From Mantamonas sphyraenae STR306 (taxonomy: Eukaryota; Protista; CRuMs): DNA of 64,000 nucleotides. Where the stretch lies: assembly GCA_026936335.1 (NCBI GenBank), contig JAPMXV010000007.1:62001-126000 (forward strand). The letters are read 5' to 3'. The position numbers and the translations under genes were made by a program. A model generated the notes under the pieces. It did not search any database, was not told where the DNA came from, and was given only the letters and a program-made list of their open reading frames with translations. The first letter of the stretch is position 1. Every line of letters begins with the position of its first letter. Shown here one piece after another: positions 31,882 through 43,435 of this stretch.

Positions 31882-33456
31882 TCACAGCTCGCGTGACTCG
31901 TACACCTCGGGCTCGTCGACCTCCTCCTCGCCCGTGAGGTTCGGCTTGCAGCCCTCAGGGTACTTCTTGCGCACATAAAAGTGGTATCGGTAGGCAAATG
32001 CCACCGTCTGGATGGCCGAAAACACCAGCACAGCCAACACCAGGCCGACCAGATCGCGGTTGACCACACTCAGGGCCGTAAGCACGCCGTATGCTGCGCC
32101 AGCCCCCAGAGTCGCCAGGCACATGAATCTGAACTGGCCTGTGGCATACAAGATGCCGGCGTAGGGGAACTTGAACGCAGTGACCACGAGCATCAGCACA
32201 AAGATCGACCAGATGCTGTCCAGCTGTGCCTGAATCTGGTCCAGGTTGGCAATGTCGCCCGTGAACGACTTGACGACCGCACGCGGCGAGATCACGGACA
32301 TGATGGCCAAGGGCAGCATCAGCGAGAAACACAGTGCCACAGTCACCTTGAGGAAGCGGTGCAGCGCATTCATGCGCCCACTGGCAAACATGCGCGAGCC
32401 CATCATCACCGCGGAGAGCGAGATGGCCATGCAAATGCCGCGCACCAGGTTCTTCAGACTCTTCAGCACGCCCACGGCCGCTTCCTGGTGCGGACCCAGC
32501 ATCACACTCAGAGGCACCAGAAGATCGATGACGAGGTTGCTCGACAGTTCGTAGCCAATCAGATACACATTGCTCTCCAGGAAGGCCAGCAGCGCACGCG
32601 GGGGAGGCAGCTCCATGGTAAAGATGTTCAGTGGCTTGTACTGCTGTCGCTTTGCCAGCCAGGCGATCACAAAGCCAACCACCACCGAGTTGCCAAACAC
32701 CGACGCAAGACCAGCGCCTTCCAGGCCCAGATTGCCCACCGCTACCGTCAGTGCTGCAAACACCACCGAAAACGCCGTACCAATCGAACTGGCCATTGTG
32801 TACAGGGGCAGATCGTACATGCCAAACGCAACGCCTCCGCAAACGTTTGCCAGCAGCTTCAGCGGCACAGACACGGCTTGCAGGTTCCAGAACACTGTGG
32901 CGGCTGGGTCTGTGCGCAGATCCGTCTGCGAAGCAAACACGTTTGTGAAGATCAGGTCACGTGCGCCCAGGTAGACCACCATGCCGATGACGCCATAGAA
33001 CGTGGCCACAAGGAACGCCGTACGCACCCATCTACCCAAGGCCTCGCCAAAACCATGGCGTGCAAGCTGTTGACCCACAATGGCCGTGACGCCAGACAGC
33101 AGCAGGTTCTCCAGAAACTGGATGTAGGCGTACGCGTTGTCGATGGAAGTGTGCACATTAAATTGCCGTTCGCCAAGACGCGCCACCATCGATGCAATCA
33201 CCTCCTGACCAAACGAGCTCACAAGCAGGACCACGAGAAGCAGGCCCATGTAGTACCGGAACTTGTTCACGTTTGTCGTGTGCCATTTCCACCAGAAAAT
33301 GGTCACCGTCACAGGCTGGTTCGGCCAAGGCACTTGTTCCTCCACCTCCATCTCCTTCCCATTGAGCTCTCCGCTCTCCTCCTCCATGTGCTTGTCCTGT
33401 GCGCTCAACAGCGCTGTGGATGAAACTTCCTCATCTTCCTGCATGGCAGTGTACAT
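31882..33456 (-). CDS. MATE-family (DinF-like) multidrug/toxin efflux transporter
   Basis: About 12 TM segments in two repeats, with MVARLG, LGLEGAGLAS, and GILYATGQFRF. Confidence 0.8.
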   Translation of the reverse strand: MYTAMQEDEEVSSTALLSAQDKHMEEESGELNGKEMEVEEQVPWPNQPVTVTIFWWKWHTTNVNKFRYYMGLLLVVLLVSSFGQEVIASMVARLGERQFNVHTSIDNAYAYIQFLENLLLSGVTAIVGQQLARHGFGEALGRWVRTAFLVATFYGVIGMVVYLGARDLIFTNVFASQTDLRTDPAATVFWNLQAVSVPLKLLANVCGGVAFGMYDLPLYTMASSIGTAFSVVFAALTVAVGNLGLEGAGLASVFGNSVVVGFVIAWLAKRQQYKPLNIFTMELPPPRALLAFLESNVYLIGYELSSNLVIDLLVPLSVMLGPHQEAAVGVLKSLKNLVRGICMAISLSAVMMGSRMFASGRMNALHRFLKVTVALCFSLMLPLAIMSVISPRAVVKSFTGDIANLDQIQAQLDSIWSIFVLMLVVTAFKFPYAGILYATGQFRFMCLATLGAGAAYGVLTALSVVNRDLVGLVLAVLVFSAIQTVAFAYRYHFYVRKKYPEGCKPNLTGEEEVDEPEVYESREL

Positions 33457-33676
33457 GGCGGGCGAGACACCAAAAAAGAAAAACCAAGGGTAGCTTTTTT
33501 GTTGCGTGTGCGTTCGACGGAACGCGTGGATCCCTCTGAAATTGCAGCGAGGACGTGCTTGACATTCGCAGCAATTCTCCCACAGTCCACACACCTTTTG
33601 CACGTTCTCCTTGGGCTGCACTATTCTCTGCATCAGTCGTGCGCTCAGACACGCAGCCCAATCTCCCTGCGCACCG

Positions 33677-36552
33677 ATGGCCGACTTTGACTTTGACAAC
33701 GACCTCGACGACGACGAGTACAGCCGCCGCAAGGAACGCAACCGAGCCAGACATAAACTCCTGGCCAGTTTCTATGCCCTCAAGGATGAACCTGGCAGCC
33801 AAGACGGCAGTGGCGGCGACGGGGACGGAGACGAAGGTGCAGGCGCACAAGGAGGCAGCCAGGCAGAACTGCTGTCCCCGACAAACCTCAACGGCCATGG
33901 GTTCGAGCCAAAGGTGTACATTCAGCTCGCCCTGCGTGAGAAGCGCCTCGACGAGCTGCTGGAAGAGCATCGGACCGTCGCACAAGGTCGGTGAATCTCC
34001 CGACACACACACACACACTCGCTCTCTCTCTCTGCACACGCCCAATTTTGGCTCACTCTCCCGCCCACCGCACACAGAGATTAAATCCTTGGACAACGAC
34101 ATGCAAATGTTGGTGTACGAGAACTACAACAAGTTCATCAGCGCCACAGACACCATCCGGCAGATGAAAGACAACGTCTCGGAGATGGAGAAGCAGATGG
34201 ATCTGCTTGAGGACAAGATGAGCACCATTGCCGGCCTCAACGACCAGGTCGATACAGCCCTTCAGCCTTCCCGCGACAAGATCGAACAGCTCAGCGGAGT
34301 CCAGCGCCTCATGAAAAAGGTCCGTGTGCTTTTCCCGCGACGCCTCTGTGCCGCACAGCTTCCCATCTGCCCTATTCTCTCCTCTGTGATGCACACCCAC
34401 GCCACGCTTTTACCATGTGGTTGTCGTTTCAGTTCAGCCCCGCTCCTCTCTTCGTATCCGCGCCCGTGTGCCTTCCGCCCGCTGCTGACCCTCTCCCCAG
34501 CTCGAGTTTGTGTTTGAGCTCCCAGGCATGCTTACCAAGTGTCTCGAGCTCCAATCCTATGGCCAGGCCATCGAATACTGGCAAAAGACAGAGGCCATCC
34601 TGCAAACCTACTCCCATCTGCCCTCCTTCCAGACCATCCACAGCGATTGTGTGGTCATTCTCGACAAGCTCAAACTTCAGCTCAACGAGATCATTGCGGC
34701 CAAGCGCAGCAATGCCAACCAGGTCTCTGAAGCCGTCGAACTCCTTCTCCGCCTCCGCCAGCCCGAGGGCCAGCTGCGCGACGCCTTCCTCGAATGGTGC
34801 GTGTGTGTGTGTGTGTGTGACCTGTTCTCCACCTGCTCCTGCCTGCTGCTCACTCCATACCCGTTCCATTCGAACGCTCGTTTCCCCCCCCCCCCGCTCT
34901 TTCCCCCTCACAGCCGCATCAACATGCTCGACGCCAAGATCGACCAGTGCCGTGACGACCTGCAAACACAGCTGGCCGCCGGCCAAACACAGACCCCGCT
35001 CCGCAAGTTTGTCAGCCGCCTGGCCACCACTGTTTTCAGCGACTTTGCCAGTTTCTACGACGCCTTTGTCGCCCTGTTTATTCGCCGCGAGGGCGCCTCC
35101 CGCGACAACCGTGCCTACTTTGACACCTACGCCGCCAAATTTGTGGCAGCCTTCAACGACCTCGTCAAATCCGCCGTCCAGGGCCTGGACAACAGCCCGG
35201 AACAGCTCATCCACGGCCTTGAGCTCCTCATTGCCAAAGTGGGTCAGGCTGCACAGCGCTTTCCGTCGGAATGGCGTGTCCTGGAACAACTCCAGGACAT
35301 TGTGCACTCCACCACACACGCAGACATCAAAGACACATTTGGCGACCTGGCGTCGTCGTTTGACGAGCGTCTTGTCACGCTTTACCGCGAGGTCAAGCTG
35401 TGTTCCGATGCCGAAGGAGCGTCGGCCTCCTCCGCAGACGCATCTGGCCACAACGAGTATGCCAGCGACCCTTCGCCCCTGTTTTCCATTGCTCGCGACC
35501 ACACAGAGGCCACTGTCAACGACGTGTTCAAGACCCTGGAGCGCCTCAGCCCATACGTGTCGGCAGACACAAGCAACGCCGAGTTCCGCTCCATGGCCAC
35601 CGATGTGGTGCACGTGCAACTCCAGCAGTTCTTCCTGGCCATGAACGAAAGCATTTCGCAATGTTGCCATGCCATTCCGGGCTCAGACACATCCACCACC
35701 CGCGGGGCGACCTATGAGAACCCACGCGCGCTCCTCACCCTCACTGCGCTCACCCTTTCCTTCGAGTCACACGGCGTCGGCCAGATCCTCGCTGTGCTGG
35801 AGGACCAGTTCAAGAGCAGCGACTCCAGCATGAGTCTGCTCATATCCACAGACATCATCAAACGCTTCCGCGACACAGCCAAACGCACCCTCGCCTTCTA
35901 TGTCCAGATCCAGGGCCAAAAGGTGTCCCAGCTCGTGCGCAAGAGCATGGAAACGGCAAACTGGCTGAAGGAGAAGGAGCCTCGCGATGTGCGCAAGGTC
36001 ATTGATTTTGTCTACCGCGACGTGTTTGCCGTCGAGGCTGACGTTGCCCAGATCTTTGACAACCTGGAACGTGCCGTCAGTGTGGAGAGCGGCTCATCTG
36101 CCAGCAGGCGCTCGCACGACAGCAGCCGCCGTTCCATGGACGTCAGTTTCTCTGGCGGATTCGGAAGCACACGTCAAGGCTCGCTGGCGAGCAGGTCTCT
36201 GGACCAGCTCAACATCGACCGTCTTTTTGGTCAAAAGATCAAGATCTTTGACCAGGTCGACTTCTCCACAAAGGGGGTCCTCACAGGCGTCGTCAAGATC
36301 TTCCTCAAGTCCTTCAACGAGAGCGTGCGCATGCTCACCTTTAGCACCGACGGCTTCCGTCAGGTGCAAATCGACGTCTCGTTCCTCGAGCAGATCCTCA
36401 TGGACCTCGTGGACGACGAGGGCCTCCTCGGCCACATGTGCTCTGAGATCTTGTACTCTGCGATGGGCCGATGCCTCAATCCGCAGGGCATGGAACCGAA
36501 AATCATCGAGGAAATCTGTGCTGCCAAGCGAGCCAAGCTCTCGGACGCATAA
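33677..36552 (+). CDS. VPS51: GARP/EARP complex subunit Vps51 (three introns)
   Basis: EIKSLDNDMQMLVYENYNKFISATDTIRQMK, LEFVFELP, WLKEKEPRDVR, and KSFNESVRMLTFSTDGFRQVQID. Confidence 0.94.
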
Positions 36553-36723
36553 TTGGAACCACGGGATTTGACTCCACGAATCATCGCAATGCACACACCC
36601 CCACTCTCGTGAAACCCTTTTGCTTTTGCAAGCTCGCACGTGAGCGGCCATGTCGTTTTGTTTCGTTCGCTTCGCAACTTCGCTTCGCTTCGCAGCTTGA
36701 GCCAACCCCTCCCGCTCGCCTCC

Positions 36724-39700
36724 ATGCGCCACAAGCGCGTCGCACCGGAAGATCCGCATGTGGTGGTGCACACCTCGCCATCGCAGACCCCTGTGCGCGT
36801 GATGGAAACCAGCCAGTCCTTCCATGGCGACCACGGCGAGGCCGCGGACCGGACGCAACGGTTGCCGGCCTCCCAATCCAGCAGCGGTTCCACAGGCAGC
36901 ACCCGCACCCTTTCGGCCTCTTCCAGCGACGAGGAAGTGCACGAGAATGCATCGTATGTCGCAGCCAAGAATGGGCCTGCCAAACTGAGTGCTTTCTCCC
37001 CCGGAGCTGCTCTCGCCTCTCCTGCTCTCGATGGAGCGCCTGCTCCCCTTCCGTTTCGTGGCAGCACTTCGTCGCTGGGCACACCTATGTCAAGCAAATC
37101 ACACCGCCGAAAATCCATCATCAGTGTGCCTTCCCTCTCTTCGCTCCGCCACGAGGAACGTGCAGACAGCAGTGCGTCGCTCGCCCACACCTCTTTCTAC
37201 GGAGTGGAAGCAAACCCGACCACATATCTCCGGCAGAAACTCACCTTGGGGTTCCACAAGCTCGCTGACCCGCAGCTTGAGGCCGAGTACCAGAGCAAGA
37301 GTATGCAGCGCAGTAGGCATTATGTGCGCGGCCTTCATCTGCTCGTCATGCTCTTTTACATCCTGCTGGAGGCTCGAGAAGCAATTTGGAAGCAAGAGCT
37401 ACTCGAAGTTCGCCTCGTCCTCGCTGCCATTGTCCTTTTTGGCATGCTCCTTGTGCTCGCATGCACCTCCAACGATTATTTACACACACACGTGCACCCT
37501 ACAGCCTCTATGGTCTTCTCCATCACGGTCAGCGTCGTTTTCACCTTGGCGGAAATTCAGTTTCGCCTCCCCAACCTCTACGCAGAGGAGATTTTCCTTG
37601 TATATGCCTACTCCCTGCACTTGGCGCCGCTCAGCCTGGCCCAGGCCACCGTTGTGGTGTCGCTGGGCCTTCTCGACTCGGCCCTGCAGCTGTTTCTTTT
37701 TTCATACCTTGGCCAGGACTACCTCTTTGATTCTGGCCTGTGGCCGTACACAGCCGTGGCGACTGGCAACAACTTTTGGCGAGTGTCGGCCATCGCCCAG
37801 CTCATTCTGATCCTTCTGTGCCTCGCTCTGTTTGTGGCGCGCCGAGATCTCGAAAAGGAAAAACGCACCCAGTGGCTCATCGAGCAGTATGCACAGGACA
37901 CGCAAGTGACTTTGGAGCACCAAACTGTAAAGTCGCATCGCCTGCTCGGCAGCATGCTGCCCCAGCACATTGTCAAGACATTGGTTCAGGATCCGGAGAA
38001 CCTGGCCATTGCCGAGAACCGAGAGCAGTGCAGCATCCTCTTTGTCGACCTCGTGGGCTTCACCAAGATGAGCAGCGGCCTGAGAGCACAGGACGTCGTG
38101 GATCTGCTCAACGACCTGTTTTCCCGCTTCGACGACGTCGTTGCCGAGTACCACTGCTGTGAAAAGATCAAGAATATCGGCGATGCTATGATGGTAGGCG
38201 CAGGCGTCATGCACAAAGCTGACCCGCAGCTGTCTGCCACCCAGTTGGTGGCCCTGGCTCTGCAGCTGATGGAGGCCAAGGACAAGTTCAACGCCACGTC
38301 AGACATTCCTGTTGAGCTGCGCATGGGCATCCACACGGGCGATGTGGTGGCAGGAGTAATCGCATCGCTTGCGTTTGATGTATGGGGCGAAACAGTCAAT
38401 CTGGCTGCCAAATTTGAGACGGCCAGCCAACCAGGCAAGCTTAACATTTCCGCAGCCACGTACGCGCTCGTCAGCGACTACTTTGCCTGCACAGACCGAG
38501 GTAAGGTCGACATCATGGGACGTGGGAAAATGCGTGCCTTCTTTGTACAGGAGATGATTGGACCCCAGGGTGGGTTGCACAGGGCCCGACGAGGGTCACA
38601 CGAAAGCACAACCAAGATCAAGCGTCTTGCAGACATTGCCAAGGGACGGCCACGCCGCACCTCGGAGGACAGTGAACGAAGCATGGGCACAGCAGGTATC
38701 AATAGCCCCGGAGGTCAACAGCAGACAGCCGGCAACAGCAACAGCAGCAGCAGTGGCAGTGGCAGTGGCAGCAGCAGTAGCAGCAGAAGCAGCAGCGGCG
38801 ATGGGCACGACGATGAAGCATTGCAAGATGAAAGTGCCGCAGACACCACCGAGTCGATGGAGGACCAGCAGACGGGCAACGATTCGGAACTGGTACTCAA
38901 CAACGCAAGTGCCGCCACGTACCACAGGCAGCTGAGCATCACCCTGCCTCGCCAAAACTCGTTTGGTCAGACGGCGCTGTTCAACAACCTGTCCAGCATG
39001 CTGAATGCTCCCAACACGCCCGGGATGATGGGCTCGATGCTGAGCATCATGGAGTCGCAATCGCACAGCGGAACGTCGGCGCACCTGTTTCAGTCTGTGC
39101 ACTCGCTGCAAGAGCACTCGGAAGCCGATGTGCAGACAAACCTCAATCCATGGACCCTGCGCTACTCACAGTTTCTACTTGACGAGGACATGAAGACGGA
39201 ACGCATGTTGTTGCGTCGGTACGGACCAATGCCCACCAGGTTGGCGGTGATGGACTTCCAACGGGGCCACACACGCAAGCCAAACCACAACAGCGAAGAG
39301 TCGGAGTCTCGGCGTGCGAGCGGCACCGATGGTGAGGCGACACGTCGACCTTCGGCATGGCTGCGCGAGGCGCAGCAGAAGGTGCAAGACAGCCGCACGA
39401 TCCGTGCAGGCCTGATGGGCCAGACAGACTCGTTGGGCAGCTCCTTTAGCGCCAGCGAGAGTGCAGACAGGAGTTTGTTCCCGTCCGACTCGTTCACAAG
39501 CATGCCAGAGGTGCCCATGGACGAACCGGACGATCTGCCCGACCTGGAGCAGCGCTACATGTTCCACCACGCACTTTCCACATGCAAGGACCTGCGGCGT
39601 TATTTGCTCATGTTGGCCACCTTGATTGTGTTTGTGGAGGTGATAGACCAGTACCTGGTGACCGAGGTGCAATACGACCTGGCCCTGTCGCGCATTGTGC

Positions 39701-40893
39701 GCTACGCCGTCATGCTCCCGTTGATCGGCGTCAACGTGGCCATCACGCTGTGCTCTTCAAGTACATACGTGCGGTGGAAGCAGCCGGTGACTGCGGGTGT
39801 CCACATGTTGCTGGCAATTGCGTTTATGGTGCTCGCAATCATAACGCATCAAGCGCGCTACTTTACGGGCGTGTACATGATGACCTTGGTGTCCCTTTTG
39901 TTTTCTGGCATGACCTTTGTGGTGGCCTGGATTGTGGCGGTGACCATGAATGTGTTCACGGTCCTGATCATGATTGTGTTTGCATCCGAGTTTCCGCGAA
40001 CGCAACAGTGGGACTGGTACTTGAGCAACGCCCTAAGCATCCTGGGCATCTCTTCGTTTGTGGCATACCTCTACGAGCATCGCAGCCGTGCCGTATTCCT
40101 CACCAATGTGTCTTTGATGCGCCAACAGCGTGTTCTGCAGGCGTCGCGGGACAACTTCCAACGGTTGCTGCGCCAAATGTTTCCCCCCTCTGTGGCCGAG
40201 CGGCTGCAACTGCGTGAAGAGGCCTTTGGTGAGAGCATCGACGACGTTGCGGTGCTGTTTGCCGACGTGCGCAACTTCAACGACCTGTGCCAGGGATTGT
40301 CGCCGTCCGAGATGATTGCCTTGCTGGACAATCTCTTTACACTGTTTGACCTGCTTGTGCAACAGCATCACACATGCAAGGTCAAGACAATTGGCGACTC
40401 GGTGATGGTTGTGGCAGGGGCACCACGACCGAGGAACAAGCATCGCTCGCGTGAGCGTCAACGGAAGGTGAACGTGCACCGTGCAGCCAACCTGGCCCTG
40501 AGCATGCTGAATGAGGTGCAAAACCTGACGCTGAATGTGGGTGGGGTGCCACGCTCGTTTGAAATCCGGGTGGGCATCAATCTGGGCCCCGTGGTGGCTG
40601 GGGCTATCGGACACCACAAGTTCTTCTGGGACGTATGGGGCGACACCGTCAACGTGGCATCGCGCTTGGACCGCTTGGGTGAGTCGAACAAGATCCAGGT
40701 GCCGCACCATGTGTACATGGAATTGCGGGACGACTACCACCTGGTGGCGCGTGGCGTCATCCCGGTCAAGGGCAAGGGCATGATGAAGACATACTACCTG
40801 TTGCACCATAAGGAAGACTGCAGTGGAGACGAGTGTCTGGGCTTGGTGGACTGCATGGACGACGACCAGCATCTGAGCACAGACACGGAATGA
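36724..40893 (+). CDS. Class III membrane adenylyl cyclase with TM-C1-TM-C2 architecture
   Basis: Two TM clusters. C1: ILFVDLVGFT, KIKNIGD, GIHTG, FDVWGETVN. C2: LFADVRNF, KVKTIGD, WDVWGDTVNVASR, VKGKGMMKTY. The K/D specificity residues indicate ATP. Confidence 0.9.
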   Translation: MRHKRVAPEDPHVVVHTSPSQTPVRVMETSQSFHGDHGEAADRTQRLPASQSSSGSTGSTRTLSASSSDEEVHENASYVAAKNGPAKLSAFSPGAALASPALDGAPAPLPFRGSTSSLGTPMSSKSHRRKSIISVPSLSSLRHEERADSSASLAHTSFYGVEANPTTYLRQKLTLGFHKLADPQLEAEYQSKSMQRSRHYVRGLHLLVMLFYILLEAREAIWKQELLEVRLVLAAIVLFGMLLVLACTSNDYLHTHVHPTASMVFSITVSVVFTLAEIQFRLPNLYAEEIFLVYAYSLHLAPLSLAQATVVVSLGLLDSALQLFLFSYLGQDYLFDSGLWPYTAVATGNNFWRVSAIAQLILILLCLALFVARRDLEKEKRTQWLIEQYAQDTQVTLEHQTVKSHRLLGSMLPQHIVKTLVQDPENLAIAENREQCSILFVDLVGFTKMSSGLRAQDVVDLLNDLFSRFDDVVAEYHCCEKIKNIGDAMMVGAGVMHKADPQLSATQLVALALQLMEAKDKFNATSDIPVELRMGIHTGDVVAGVIASLAFDVWGETVNLAAKFETASQPGKLNISAATYALVSDYFACTDRGKVDIMGRGKMRAFFVQEMIGPQGGLHRARRGSHESTTKIKRLADIAKGRPRRTSEDSERSMGTAGINSPGGQQQTAGNSNSSSSGSGSGSSSSSRSSSGDGHDDEALQDESAADTTESMEDQQTGNDSELVLNNASAATYHRQLSITLPRQNSFGQTALFNNLSSMLNAPNTPGMMGSMLSIMESQSHSGTSAHLFQSVHSLQEHSEADVQTNLNPWTLRYSQFLLDEDMKTERMLLRRYGPMPTRLAVMDFQRGHTRKPNHNSEESESRRASGTDGEATRRPSAWLREAQQKVQDSRTIRAGLMGQTDSLGSSFSASESADRSLFPSDSFTSMPEVPMDEPDDLPDLEQRYMFHHALSTCKDLRRYLLMLATLIVFVEVIDQYLVTEVQYDLALSRIVRYAVMLPLIGVNVAITLCSSSTYVRWKQPVTAGVHMLLAIAFMVLAIITHQARYFTGVYMMTLVSLLFSGMTFVVAWIVAVTMNVFTVLIMIVFASEFPRTQQWDWYLSNALSILGISSFVAYLYEHRSRAVFLTNVSLMRQQRVLQASRDNFQRLLRQMFPPSVAERLQLREEAFGESIDDVAVLFADVRNFNDLCQGLSPSEMIALLDNLFTLFDLLVQQHHTCKVKTIGDSVMVVAGAPRPRNKHRSRERQRKVNVHRAANLALSMLNEVQNLTLNVGGVPRSFEIRVGINLGPVVAGAIGHHKFFWDVWGDTVNVASRLDRLGESNKIQVPHHVYMELRDDYHLVARGVIPVKGKGMMKTYYLLHHKEDCSGDECLGLVDCMDDDQHLSTDTE

Positions 40894-40920
40894 ACAGAAT
40901 GTTTGCGTTCACATCCGCGT

Positions 40921-42793
40921 TCATTTCTCCTCCTTCAGCAATGCCCGGCGACGTTCAGGCACATGAGGCTTAGGATCCTCGCCGCGCTTTGTGTGCAGAC
41001 GCCTGTTGTTCTCCTTGCGTTCCATGGCAGCCTTCATGATGGACTTCTTCCTCTTTGCGCTGACAATCATCTTGGGCACGTGACGGTGTCGTGCGATGGA
41101 GCGTACTTCGTACATGTGCTTGTACCTCTGCTTGAGCTTGTCATTGTACTCTTGCTTGGCCTTCTGGCGTGGCAGCAGCTTGCCTGTGCGCTTGCTGCGG
41201 TTGGATTTCCACAGACGCACGTTTGTGTCGTCGGACCCGCTCAGGACATACTCGCCATCGCCGGAGAAGCGGACGGAAAAGATGCGTTGCATGCGTGAAG
41301 TGTGATACACCTCACGGCTGTGGCCGCCGTTGTAGGCAAAGATGCGCAGTGTGCGATCGTAGCTTCCGCTGACAAACTCGCGGCCGTTTGGGTTGAAATC
41401 CACGTCCAGCACCGCGCTCACGTGGTCTTTGTGTACATACAGGGCGCGATTGAGCTTGCGCATGTCGAAGGAGTACAGGTTGTGGTCCTCATTGGCCTGT
41501 GCAAGCGGGAAGGCGAGCGGGATGTCAGCGCACAGGGGCTCCGCGGGAAAGAAGTGAGTGTTGGCGTATGGACGTACCGCCACAAAGTTAAAGGGCTCTC
41601 GGGGGTTCCAGCACATGCGATTGCATCGCATGCGCATGGTGAGCTTGCGCAAAGCGGATCCCTGGCGGATGTCGTAGAGCATGATGCTGCGGTCTGTGGC
41701 TGTGGCAGCAACAATGTCCGACTCGGCCGGGTTAAACTTGACGCAGGTGATGGAGGTGGCACCCCAGGAAAAGGTATGGATTGGGTCGGAACGACGTTTG
41801 TCCCAAATGCACAGGTCCTGGCCCGAGGTGGCAAACTGCTGCTTGGACCAGTGGTGGTCAATGTCAATGAAGCCAGTTTCGCCCGTATACACAGTGATGG
41901 GCTCGTCGGCATCTTCTCCGCCGTCGTCCTCGTCCGTGTCCAGTCGCCACAGCTTCACTGTCTTGTCCTCGCTGCATGACACAAACGTGCGTCCGTTCTG
42001 TGCCACGGCCAGGCCGCGCACAAAACCTTTGTGTGCGTCGCGAATGCTCCAGCGTTCCTTCCTGAGCGTGGGTTTTGGTGTCCAGAGGCGTCAGCAGGGT
42101 GTTGGTTCAACGCGGATGAGGAAACGGGTGGTTGCAGAGGGTGAGCATGTGCACCGTAGCGACGGGCAAGGCGGACCAGGACGGGGTTTAATTGGGCGAG
42201 TCACGTACTGCAGACCGAGATCCCAGACCTTGATTTCTGTGGCAGATTGTGAAGCAACGCATCAAAAGGGGGTCAGCGAGTGTCGCTTATGCGAGCAGGG
42301 GAGTTGCGCCGGGTGGGAAACGGACCTCCGTCACATGCGCCGGACAACAGCGTGGTGATGCTCGTCGGCGAGCGGTTCATGCAAAACACGCCGTCGCGAT
42401 GGCCATCCATTGCAGAGACAAAGGGTTTGGCAAACACGTTGTCCAGTTTCACAGCGTTGAGAGCACGCACGTACTCGCGGCCCTTCTCAAACGGATGCAG
42501 CTTGGGATCCACGTTGCGGAACACCTTTTGCAGATCCTGGGCGTTGGTGCGAGTAAACTCGCCCTCGTCACGCGAGATGGTCTTTACTTTCTGTGGAGTG
42601 GTCGTGGCAACAAAGGGAAGGAGGAACACGGGACGACAGCGGCAAGGTGAGACGGGAGAGCATGCTGTGTCAGCGTGCACAGCAGAGGTGTCACAACAAC
42701 AGGGAATGTGTGCGTGTGGCGTGTGTATGCCTGCGCACAAACGTGTGCACCCACACATGCATGGGGCAGTCAACGCACCAGACGACGAGACAT
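40921..42793 (-). CDS. DCAF13: DDB1- and CUL4-associated factor 13 / Sof1 (WD40, SSU processome); four introns
   Basis: MSRRL|KVKTISR, LHPFEKGREYVRALNAVKL, SREVYHTSRMQ, SGSDDTNVRLWK, and IARHRHVPK. Confidence 0.95.
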
Positions 42794-42847
42794 GTGTTGG
42801 GGCACAAAGTGCACCTGCGCACGCATCGCAACTTCGCCCCACACTCC

Positions 42848-43384
42848 ATGAGCTCCAACGACCAGTACGATTCCGACGAAGAGGCCGACTACGAGGCCGA
42901 CGACTACCAGGGTTCCTCGGCAGGAGGCAACTCGAGCAGCGGCGGGGGCTTGCAGATGCCCGAACACGACCGCGATGTCCGCGCGGCTGAGGAGGCGGAG
43001 CAGGCTGGTGACGAGGTGTTGTTGGTCATCGATGTGGACGGAAGCACGCAAGAGATGAAGGTGAGGAGCAGAAGGGGTGATGGGTAGCCTTGCAAGGGAG
43101 AGCGGCGGGCACAAACGCCAGGAGGGGATTCGTGTTTATGTGCCCTCTTGTCCGGTTTCCACGCCCGCTCAAACACTCACACGCGCACTGTCTTGCACAC
43201 ACACACTCAGTTCAACGCGGGCCACACGGTGAGCCAGGTCAAGGCACAGATCGAAAAGGACCTGGGCATTGCCTACCAGTCGCAAACGCTGCTGTACAAC
43301 GGCAACATGATGATCGATCCGCTGTGTTTGAGCGATCTGGGCCTGGCCAGCGGAACTTTCGAGGTGACGCTGAAGCAGGGATGA
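42848..43384 (+). CDS. Small ubiquitin-like-domain protein with acidic N-terminus; exons 42848-43060 and 43211-43384
   Basis: GHTVSQVKAQIEKDLGIAYQSQTLLYNGNMMIDPLCLSD, with a phase-0 intron. Confidence 0.75.
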
Positions 43385-43435
43385 GAGTATGGAATGGAAA
43401 CACTGTATGAAGCAGAACACTGTCTCGTCCGTTGT

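Noticed and set aside
1129-43384. Apparent clustering of ubiquitin-system genes (UBA1, SUMO, F-box, Ubls, PSMB3, DCAF13)
   Set aside because: These classes are abundant and are interspersed with unrelated genes; no evidence of a functional cluster.
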